The notes below the pieces were generated by a model that was given only the letters and a program-made list of their open reading frames with translations, was not told the DNA's origin and searched no databases. Positions 38,549 through 46,758 of a DNA stretch of 64,000 nucleotides are shown here, in pieces. A program made the position numbers and the translations under genes. Source of the stretch: Candidatus Amunia macphersoniae (GTDB lineage Bacteria; Chloroflexota; Dormibacteria; Aeolococcales; Aeolococcaceae); NCBI GenBank assembly GCA_016464795.1, contig JAEKNN010000026.1, positions 5,059-69,058 of the forward strand, given 5' to 3'. Numbering within the stretch: the first letter of the stretch is position 1; every line of letters starts with the position of its first letter.

Positions 38549-39546
38549 GCGGACGCCCGCTCCGCGGCCAGAACGGCTCCACCGAGAGCACCGGAGAGGT
38601 CGCCGAGCCCCGCGGCCAGCACCGGCACGCTCTCGCGTCCATCGTGCAGGAGGTGTGGCTGCATCGAGCGGTGGACCCGGCGTGCAAACGGCTGACCGAG
38701 CCGGCTGCCCAGGCCTCCGCCGATGAGCACAGCGTCCACGTCCAGGATGTTGACCGCCGACGCCAGCACCGGACCGGCGGCACGCACGGCCTCGTTGATC
38801 AATTCGTTGGCGAGGCGATCGCCTTCGTCGAGCGCCTTGGCGATCACACCGGAGGTCAAGCGGGTGCGCCCTGACCTCTTCATCAGGGTGAAGAGGCTGC
38901 TCTTCTCGCCCTTCTCCACCCGTTCGCGCGCCCGACGCTCCATCGAGCCTCGGCCCGCGTATGCCTCGAGACACCCGCGGCGTCCGCACGAACACCGCCG
39001 CCCACCCGGAGCCGCACAAGCATGCCCGATCTCGCCGCAGGCGCTGAGACGGCCGCGTCGAATGACCCCATCGAGGAGCAGCGCCCCGCCGACACCGGTG
39101 CCGAACCACACGGCCAGCACGTCCCGGAAGGGCTGCGCAGCGCCGAGCCTGTGCTCACCCAGCAGCGCCACCCGGACGTCGTTGTCAACCGCCGCCGGGA
39201 CTCCGAGGTCCTTCTGGAGCTGTTCGCGCAGTGGGAAGCTCGCCGTCCAGCCGCGGATGTTCGGGCTCTTGGAGACGGCACCGGTTGCCTCGTCGACCTG
39301 ACCTGGGACACCGATGCCCAGCGCGGCGATCCGGCGGTGGGGTGACGCCTCGATGGCCTCGTCCACGACCGCCTTGATGGCCACAACGACCGCGGCAGGC
39401 CCGCCACGGCTCGGGGTTGCAGTCCGCGCTTGCGCTACCGGAGCGAAATCCGAACCGGTGATCACCACCTCGATCTTGGTGGCTCCGAGGTCGACGCCCG
39501 CGTAGGCAACTGCAGCTGCAGGACGGCGAGCTGGCACGGCCGTCAT
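38545..39546 (-). CDS. ROK-family glucokinase (candidate polyphosphate/ATP glucokinase given ppx/ppk neighbourhood)
   Basis: ATPase N-terminus AGVDLGATKIEVV, ROK zinc motif GHACAAPGGRRCSCGRRGCLEAYAG; 333 aa. Confidence 0.8.
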   Translation of the reverse strand: MTAVPARRPAAAVAYAGVDLGATKIEVVITGSDFAPVAQARTATPSRGGPAAVVVAIKAVVDEAIEASPHRRIAALGIGVPGQVDEATGAVSKSPNIRGWTASFPLREQLQKDLGVPAAVDNDVRVALLGEHRLGAAQPFRDVLAVWFGTGVGGALLLDGVIRRGRLSACGEIGHACAAPGGRRCSCGRRGCLEAYAGRGSMERRARERVEKGEKSSLFTLMKRSGRTRLTSGVIAKALDEGDRLANELINEAVRAAGPVLASAVNILDVDAVLIGGGLGSRLGQPFARRVHRSMQPHLLHDGRESVPVLAAGLGDLSGALGGAVLAAERASA

Positions 39547-39556
39547 TGTGACGCGG

Positions 39557-40042
39557 TCACCCCAGCGACAGCGTCTCCACGTGGTCGCGCTGGTCGAGCA
39601 CCGCCTCGAGCCGAGGTGTGACCCCGCTAATCAGCTCTCTGTCGTGGTCGTGGCTGAGCCTGAGCACCGCCTCGGACGGACGCACCCACGCGATCGCGTC
39701 GACCTCCTCGTTGGGCTCGAAGGTGCCGGTGACCCGGTTCATCACCCAGTACCTGACCAGCTTGGGCCGGTCACGGCGATCCACGTACTCGGTCACGCCA
39801 ACGGTGTCCTCGGCGATGCAGAAGAACCCGGTCTCCTCGCGCACCTCGCGCAGCGCTGCCGCCAGCAGCGTTTCGCTGCGCCGTTGCTTGCCTTTCGGGA
39901 AGGACCAGTCGGCATAGAGGGGTCGGTGGACGAGCACCACGCGGACGGCGTCGTCGGCTCCGCGACGGATGATCAGGCCGCCCGCCGCGCGGACAGCGAT
40001 CCGTAGGGCAACGTCGCATCTGGTGGCGTTGTCAGCGGTCAT
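39557..40042 (-). CDS. NUDIX hydrolase
   Basis: Nudix box ...GKQRRSETLLAAALREVREETGF...; 161 aa. Confidence 0.85.
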   Translation of the reverse strand: MTADNATRCDVALRIAVRAAGGLIIRRGADDAVRVVLVHRPLYADWSFPKGKQRRSETLLAAALREVREETGFFCIAEDTVGVTEYVDRRDRPKLVRYWVMNRVTGTFEPNEEVDAIAWVRPSEAVLRLSHDHDRELISGVTPRLEAVLDQRDHVETLSLG

Positions 40043-40061
40043 GACCGTGTCCGAGAACCTA

Positions 40062-40079
40062 GCCGCCGTCGGCTTAACC
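40062..40079. promoter_or_regulatory. Candidate PHO box: GCTTAAC-N4-GGTTAAG (11-bp phased, also a palindrome) between divergent NUDIX and propeller-phosphoesterase genes
   Basis: Same half-site family as upstream of pstS. Confidence 0.35.
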
Positions 40080-40412
40080 CGCGGTTAAGCGACAGCTATT
40101 GGCGGGGAGACATTCACGCCGAGGATAAGCGGATGTGTGGAAGGACACGGAGTGCGCGGGTTGCGACCTTCATCCAGGGCTACCTGATCGGCCGTCCTGA
40201 ACCGCCGGCCGTGATAGCGGAGACCTGGTTGTCAGGTCTGATCGGGGACCCACTTCGGCTGCCGTGGTCCCACACCTCGGGGCACCCGAGCAATAACGCA
40301 GGCATAACTCGACGGCAACCTGGCAGCGCGTAGCGTGGCCGTCGGTCGCCGGTGAGCGCGACCGCGGGCCGCAGCTGCGGCGGTCACAACCGAACGGTCG
40401 GGAGGGGAGGGG

Positions 40413-43400
40413 ATGCGGACACGGACGACTCTGGTTGCGGTGATCGCCGCCCTGCTCGGGGTCGCCTCGTCAAACGTCCTCGTCTCCGGCAGTCAGACCG
40501 CCCTGACGGGGGCTCCGGTTCCGACGGGAGCGACCGTGCTCCCCAGCGGTCGCCTGGTCACCCCGGCCGGCAGGTCGTTCAACCTCGGGGACTTCCCGGT
40601 CGGGCTCGCCATCTCCCCGGACGGGAGCCTGGCGGTGGCGCCTGGCAATGGGCAGGGCAAAGGCTACAACGACGGTTTCGGTTCCCTCTGCCAGGACGCC
40701 GGCAGGCCGAACCAATGCGGCTATGTCCCCGCGACCAAGCAGGGCAATCCCAACACCCCCTCTCCCGACGAGGCACTCTTCGTCACGGATCTCCTCAACG
40801 GTGGGCAGACGCGCGTGGTGGCCACGCCGACGTCTCACGACCCGGCCCACCCCAACTTCAACTTCTTCGCCATGGGTGTGGCGTTCTCACCCGGTGGCGG
40901 CCACCTGTATGCGACGGGCGGTGGCAACGACGCGCTCTACGACTTCACGGTTGCCCACCAGACGCTGGTCTCGCCGCCCCGCACGACCTACCTGCAGGAG
41001 ACCAATAACCTGCCCACGTCCTCCCCTACTCACCAGCCTCCAAGCAACGGCGTCGCAGGCGAGACAAAGGGCCTGGCGATCACTCCCGACGGGGGCACGC
41101 TGCTGGTTCTCAAGGAGCAGGCTGACGCGCTCGACCTGGTCCGCACCAGCGATCTCTCCCTGATCCAGGAGCTGCCACTGGGCCCGAAGAGCGCCGACAC
41201 CGGCGTTGGCATCGGGCTGGGCTTCGGATACCCGTATGCGGTGACCGTCGCGCCGGACGGAGCCAGGGCGTACATCACCATGCAGGGGATCGGCGCGGTC
41301 CAGGTCGTGACCCTGCCGGTTGCCGGAGCGCCCGCATTCCTCGCCGCGCCAGTGCCTGCCGGCGACCACCCCACCGGCATCGCCATCGCGTCCGACGGGT
41401 CGACGCTGATGGTTGCCAACGCCAACGATGACACCGTCTCGATCATCTCCCCCTCGCCGGCGCCCGCGCTCGCGCAGACGCTGGCGGTGCACGCGGTGAG
41501 CAGCCAACCGGTTGGCTCAGTCCCCAACGCCGTCGCCTTCGCCGGGCCCACCCGAGCGTATGTGGCCCTGGCCGGTGACGATGCCGTCGCGATCCTCGAC
41601 CGCGCCGGCGGCGTATGGTCGGTGACCGGCTACATGCCGACGGGGTGGTACCCGGTGGCGGTCGGGGTGCGCGCTCAAACAGGCGAGGTGCTCGCCGTGT
41701 CGGCCAAGGGGCTGGGCAGTCGCTACATCAGCAATGGCGAGTACCCCGCGCCGGCCTTTGGTGGCCCCGCTGCCTTGCCCGCTCCGTACTACTACGACGG
41801 CAGCAACATGCCAGGCGTGCTCAGCGTGATCGCGCCGCCGAGCAACACATCTGACGTCGCCTCGATGTCGCAGCAGGTGCGCGACGACATTGCCTTCGCA
41901 AGTCCGCCGAGGGCGGGGCAGGCTCAAACCGCCGTTCCACCACCTCCCGGCGGTCAATCGCCAATCACTCACGTGCTCTACGTGGTCCGCGAGAACCGCA
42001 CCTTCGATCAGGTGTTCGGTGACCTGGGCACGACCCGATCTGATGTCGACGCAAATCCGAACCTCGAGACGCTGGCCGCGGCCACCCCCAACGCTCATGC
42101 GATGGCGCGACAGTTCGGGATCGGCGACGCCTTCTTCTCAGACGGCGAGGCGAGCATCCAGGGCCACTACTGGACCAGCTCCGCCAACGTCGACGATTAC
42201 GTGGAGAAGTCATGGCGTCAGTACTACTCCCCGCGCAACCACCCCGGTGACTCGGTGAGCACCGTGTCGGAACCGCGCGGGTGCAGCATCTTCCAGGCGG
42301 CCCAGCTCAAGGCCGCCTCCAGCAACGGGAGCTTCACCTACAAGGATTACGGTGAGCCAACCGGGGTCGACAACCCAACCATCGATCCAACCTCAGCGAT
42401 CGGCTCGATCCTGCCGCCCGGCACGCCGGTGACCCCGCGCGCGGGGCAACCGGCCAGCCAGTGCGCACCCGTCCCACCCACCAGCCTCGACCCAACCTTC
42501 AAGAACTTCCTCACCGGCTTCTCCAGTGACAACCGTCCGCTGGCAACCGACTTCCTCACCGACGTCGGTCTCAATCCCGATGGCACCCAGACCACCCAGG
42601 GTCAGTCTGGCGCAAGCTTCCTGCGCAACTTCTCCTACCTGGTGCTGCCCGGCGACCACACCACCGGGTACGGCGGCGCCAACACCCCGCGCGCCGAGGT
42701 GGCGCGCAACGACGCGGCCCTGGGAACCGTTCTCTCCAGCCTCTCCAAGTCGAAGTACTGGGCGACGACAGCTGTGTTCGTGGTCGAGGATGACAGCCAG
42801 GACGGGCCCGACCACATCGACGGCCACCGCAACGTCCTGCTGGCGGCGAGCCCCTACATCAAGCACCTCGCTGCCGATGGCTGCACCGCTGGGTACGTTG
42901 GCCACGACCACTACGATCAGGCCGGAGTGTTGCGCACCATGGAGCTGATCCTCGGTCTTCCGGCGCTCTCCGCCACCGACAGCAGCGCCGCCCCTCTCTA
43001 CGACATGTTCCAGCCCAAGAACCAGGCCTCTCAGTTGACCGCGGACGATCTCCGACCGTATGAGGTGACTCCGGCCCCGCCATTCATCGACGAGACCGTC
43101 GCATCGCTTCCCCACACTGCAACGAACACGGCTCTGTCGTCGGAGTCGGCGTCGCTCGATCTGCGCGGGATCGACCTGGGCGGCCCGAAGCTCGAGGAGG
43201 TGCTCTGGCGCAGCGTGAGGACGGATCCCATTCCCGAGCAGCTTGCCGCCGAGCTCGTCGTGGTCAGGGCAGTCGGAGCCGAGCAGTACCGCAGCATCAG
43301 CCAGTCAACCCGCACGAGCTCGGCGCTCGGGGTCGGGACGCTGCGCGGCCGGTTCCTGGCAGCAAGCTCGCCCAAGTGTCCAGGGCACGCAATCCCGGAG

Positions 43401-43517
43401 TCACCATGGGTCGCCCTGATCGGAGTGGCGGGCTCCATCGTCGTGGCCACCGCCGTGGCGCTACGTACCCAGGTCGGCCGCCGCCGGCGCCGGTCCATCG
43501 AGCCCGGAAGAATCTGA
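40413..43517 (+). CDS. Large secreted protein: N-terminal YVTN/lactonase-type beta-propeller fused to C-terminal PF04185-type phosphoesterase (phospholipase C/acid phosphatase family) with C-terminal anchor
   Basis: Signal peptide; repeats LAISPDGS / LAITPDGGTLLV / VTVAPDGARAYI / IAIASDGSTLMVANANDDTVSII; phosphoesterase signature HVLYVVRENRTFDQVFG; C-terminus IPESPWVALIGVAGSIVVATAVALRTQVGRRRRR; 1034 aa. Confidence 0.8.
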   Translation: MRTRTTLVAVIAALLGVASSNVLVSGSQTALTGAPVPTGATVLPSGRLVTPAGRSFNLGDFPVGLAISPDGSLAVAPGNGQGKGYNDGFGSLCQDAGRPNQCGYVPATKQGNPNTPSPDEALFVTDLLNGGQTRVVATPTSHDPAHPNFNFFAMGVAFSPGGGHLYATGGGNDALYDFTVAHQTLVSPPRTTYLQETNNLPTSSPTHQPPSNGVAGETKGLAITPDGGTLLVLKEQADALDLVRTSDLSLIQELPLGPKSADTGVGIGLGFGYPYAVTVAPDGARAYITMQGIGAVQVVTLPVAGAPAFLAAPVPAGDHPTGIAIASDGSTLMVANANDDTVSIISPSPAPALAQTLAVHAVSSQPVGSVPNAVAFAGPTRAYVALAGDDAVAILDRAGGVWSVTGYMPTGWYPVAVGVRAQTGEVLAVSAKGLGSRYISNGEYPAPAFGGPAALPAPYYYDGSNMPGVLSVIAPPSNTSDVASMSQQVRDDIAFASPPRAGQAQTAVPPPPGGQSPITHVLYVVRENRTFDQVFGDLGTTRSDVDANPNLETLAAATPNAHAMARQFGIGDAFFSDGEASIQGHYWTSSANVDDYVEKSWRQYYSPRNHPGDSVSTVSEPRGCSIFQAAQLKAASSNGSFTYKDYGEPTGVDNPTIDPTSAIGSILPPGTPVTPRAGQPASQCAPVPPTSLDPTFKNFLTGFSSDNRPLATDFLTDVGLNPDGTQTTQGQSGASFLRNFSYLVLPGDHTTGYGGANTPRAEVARNDAALGTVLSSLSKSKYWATTAVFVVEDDSQDGPDHIDGHRNVLLAASPYIKHLAADGCTAGYVGHDHYDQAGVLRTMELILGLPALSATDSSAAPLYDMFQPKNQASQLTADDLRPYEVTPAPPFIDETVASLPHTATNTALSSESASLDLRGIDLGGPKLEEVLWRSVRTDPIPEQLAAELVVVRAVGAEQYRSISQSTRTSSALGVGTLRGRFLAASSPKCPGHAIPESPWVALIGVAGSIVVATAVALRTQVGRRRRRSIEPGRI

Positions 43518-43531
43518 CCCCGCGCTGCCCC

Positions 43532-44515
43532 TCACCGCAGCATCAGATGCGCGATCACGTATCCGACTCCCAAGCCAACCAGCACCCCACCTTCGACGCG
43601 TCCGAGCCGGCCACGGGCCAGGAACGTCGCGGCAACAGCGCATGCCACCACCAGTGCCGGCCAGTCCAGGAGGCGCGTCAGCCGGGGAACGGGAACCGGC
43701 GTCAGCAGGGCAATCAAGCCGAGGTTGAACAGCAAAAAGTAGACGACAGTCCCGACCGCGTTGCCAGCGGCCACGTCCGGATGCCCGCGGCGGGTTGGGA
43801 TGACCTGTCGGATGACCTCCTCGGCTTCGATGGCCGCGGGGGTCACGACCATGCCCATGAGAAGGGCTGGGACCCCGAAGGTCGCAATTACGCCCGCGGC
43901 TCCGCTCGCCACCAACTCCCCGCCAATCGTGACGACGGTGATGCCGCCCACAGTGAAGAGGACGATCATCCAGGTGGGCCGGGTGGCATCGTCGACGCCC
44001 TCCGTCTCGAGAAACCGGTGGCCTCGAGCGGCCCGGACCAGGTACGTCATCGCAAGCGCAAACCCAACCAACAGGGCCAGCCCGGCGAGGCGGGAGGTGG
44101 AGCCGCCGATCAGGCTGACACCGGCGAGGAGTGGCATCGCAGCCAGCAGGCGCGGTATCCCCTGTGGCAATGACACCCGCAGGGGGGCGATGAGCGCTCC
44201 GATTCCGAGAGCGAAGCACACCAGGAAGATTGCACCGCCGAAGGCGGTCCCCAGCGCTATCTCCGCATCGCCGCGGCTGCCCGCGGCAAGACCAACCGCG
44301 ACGTTCTCCGCCTCCAAGCCCGAGAGCAGCGCGCTGGCCACGAACGGGGCGACCCGGAGAAGCCGGGCCGCACCGACCAATCCGTCGAGAAGCCGCTCGG
44401 TCGCGATCACCACCAGGATCACGCCGACCAGGAAGGCCGCGACAGAGGCAACGGCAGACATGGCGGCGATGGTATCGGCGCTGGCGGTCCAACAGCTCTC
44501 GAGGGGTCTCGCCAT
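43532..44515 (-). CDS. Ca2+:cation antiporter (CaCA / YrbG-type sodium-calcium exchanger)
   Basis: Two alpha-repeat motifs GLEAENVAVGLAAG...GDAEIALGTAFGGAIF and GVPALLMGMVVTPAAIEAEE; 327 aa, ~10 TM. Confidence 0.85.
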   Translation of the reverse strand: MARPLESCWTASADTIAAMSAVASVAAFLVGVILVVIATERLLDGLVGAARLLRVAPFVASALLSGLEAENVAVGLAAGSRGDAEIALGTAFGGAIFLVCFALGIGALIAPLRVSLPQGIPRLLAAMPLLAGVSLIGGSTSRLAGLALLVGFALAMTYLVRAARGHRFLETEGVDDATRPTWMIVLFTVGGITVVTIGGELVASGAAGVIATFGVPALLMGMVVTPAAIEAEEVIRQVIPTRRGHPDVAAGNAVGTVVYFLLFNLGLIALLTPVPVPRLTRLLDWPALVVACAVAATFLARGRLGRVEGGVLVGLGVGYVIAHLMLR

Positions 44516-44560
44516 GGCGTGGCCAGGAGGGCCCCAAGAACCGTCAGTCGATCTCTTGGA

Positions 44561-46527
44561 TCAGACGGCGGAGATCAGAGCCCGTCGGCGCCGGCGGCCC
44601 ACCACGAGCGCACCCCCGAGAGCTGCTGCGGAGAGAGGCAGCAGCGCGGTCCAGGGCGCCTCCGGAAGCACCGGCGTGGGAGTGGTCGTCACCTCGCCGG
44701 TGGCGGGGTCGATGAAGGTGACGGGGTTGCTCCCTCCGTTGGTGAAGTCGAACATGGAATTGATCGGCCCGGCGATGGCGTCGAACGACCCGGCGATGCG
44801 ACCGAGGGTCCAGTTGTCCTCGACGAACTTCAGGATGGACGACTGATCGGTGAGGGTGTGGTCGACGTAGTTCGCCTTCGCGTAGGGCGAGATCACCAGC
44901 AGAGGCTGCCGGGGGCCGTAGCCGCAGCGACCGTTCTCGACGGCCAGCGGCGGTTTGGCCGTGGTGTCGCCGCACAGCCCGGTCCCGGTCAAGAAGTCCT
45001 GAGGTCCGGGAGGGTTGGCCACGCCTGAAGTGTTCGAGGTGTTGTGGATCCCGCTGTAGGCATGGTCGTACCAGCCGTCGGAGTCGTCGTAGCCGATCAC
45101 CACCGCGGTGCTCGACCACGCTGGGGTCTGCTCCAGGGCGTTGATCTCCCGAGCGATGAACTGCTGCTCGTCGATCGGATTCGAGTAGGCGGCGTGGCCG
45201 TCTCGGATTCCGGGTGCCTTGAGGAAGCTGACGGCCGGCAGGGCGCTGGCCGGGAGGCTGCCATGAGCGATGGCCGCCACCAGCTGGTCGAAGTCGCTCA
45301 TGTCGTACTGGTGGTTCGGGGTGTTCCACTGCGGCGAACCCGAGACGTAGCTCTGGGTGTCGGTCCCGATCTGCTGCAAGCCCGCCATCGTGTCGTTGCC
45401 GCTCCCGTCCGTGGGCAGGGTCAGGTGATGCGGGTTGGCCGTCGAGGCGTAGTAGTTGAAAGGCTCGTGGTGGGGGATGTAATCGTCCTTGTAGCCGTAC
45501 TGCCCGGTGCCGCCGAGAGCGGGCCCGACCGGGTGCACCGTGTTGCAGATGCCCTGGTTCGAGGCATGCGCGACCGGGAACTTGCCGCTGAACTCGTCTG
45601 GGGTGAAGGTGTGGGATGGTTGGTGCCGCCGTTGGTGCTGTTCGCCGTGGCGAATGGCGTGCTGGGGCGGTTCCCACCCTGGAACCAGCCCCAGCTGACT
45701 CCCCGGGTGTTGAGCAGGTCGCCGACGTTCTGACCGGTCATCGCGACCGCGTTGCGGGTGGAGCAATCGTCGTAGTACGGCTGCGGGTCCGCGATGAGCG
45801 AGTAGCCGCCCTTGCCGTCGGGGACGGTGTCACCGTTGGTCAGCGGGTTGTTGCTCCCTGACGTCGGGATGGCGTGGGCCGTGTCAACTCCGCCGGTGTT
45901 GCCCGAGGCCAGGTTGAGGGCGCCGGGCGACGAGGGACCGAAGGTGCTGCTGTAGGAGTTGTCGCTCATGGCGTAGTGCTGCGCGTAGTTCCACAGGCCG
46001 GTGACGGCGTTGCCGTCGTAGTAGTTCATGACCTGGCTCGGGTTGCACAGGTTGCCTTCGGGATCCTTGCGGGGAGGCCCCGTTCCGACAGTTGTCACGA
46101 ACTTGTCCATGGCGCCGCCGTTGAAGGCCTTCTGCTCGTCGCTGTAGTTGTGGCCCTGGTCGCAGGTCAGCACGTCGCTGACGTTGGCGGGGTCCAGGCG
46201 CCGCGGGTTGGCCTGGTTGTTGCTGGCGTCCTTGTTGGGGTTGTTGGTCAGCAGCGTTCCGCCGCCCGGCGCGGCGGTGTTGAGCCCGTTCACCGCGGGG
46301 GTTCCCGGGGCAGCTGCGAAGGGGTTGCCCGAGGCGTTCGTGGCCTTGGGATAGGTCCCGAAGTAGTGATCGAAAGAGACATTCTCCTGATAGATCACAA
46401 CCAGGTGCTGGATCGGCGTGGTGGTCAATGCCGCCGCCGCCGCCGGCTTGGCGAGCAGCGGCAGCGAGACCGTCGTAGCTGAAGCGACAGCCGCGGCCCC
46501 GGCCGCGAATTTCCGCAGTCTGGACAC
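44561..46527 (-). pseudogene. Frameshifted phospholipase C / AcpA-like acid phosphatase (PF04185), split into ORFs 45421-46527 (N-half, signal peptide + IQHLVVIYQENVSFDHYFG) and 44561-45766 (C-half + anchor); frame switch near 45600-45640
   Basis: Two overlapping ORFs in different frames each carrying one half of a family member; N-frame ...WGWFQGGNRPSTPFATANSTNGG... then nonsense, C-frame nonsense then ...FTPDEFSGKFPVAHASNQG...; C-terminus LPEAPWTALLPLSAAALGGALVVGRRRRR. Confidence 0.7.
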
Positions 46528-46592
46528 GAATAGACCCCCTCTCTTCCTGTTTGTGGCGAGCGTCGACGTTGAACCGACCCTAGGCAGCGACG

Positions 46593-46610
46593 GGTAAAGA
46601 GCGCGTAAAG
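46593..46610. promoter_or_regulatory. Candidate PHO box variant: GGTAAAG-N4-CGTAAAG (11-bp phased) ~65-85 bp upstream of the frameshifted phospholipase C gene start (46527, minus strand)
   Basis: Direct repeat with same phasing and similar core as other sites. Confidence 0.3.
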
Positions 46611-46758
46611 GATCAGTGCGCAGTTGAAGGCGAACAGGCCAAAGGCCCGGCGATCGCCGGCGAACTGCTCGGCGGCGGCGTCGTCCTCGCGCTGCGATGC
46701 ACCGCAGCGATCAGCGGGCGACCGAACCCCGCGCCAAGACAGCTCGAGCCGCCGGAGC

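Noticed and set aside
38095-38874. 259-aa plus-strand ORF (His/Arg/Gln-rich) overlapping the small basic protein gene and the ROK kinase gene
   Set aside because: The alternative frame (38123-38548) has a strong SD, high GC3 and a coherent repeat structure. This longer frame runs antisense into the ROK kinase and is compositionally implausible.
40133-40333. 66-aa ORF in the NUDIX / propeller-phosphoesterase intergenic region
   Set aside because: It is short, has no RBS and overlaps the candidate PHO box region. Likely non-coding.
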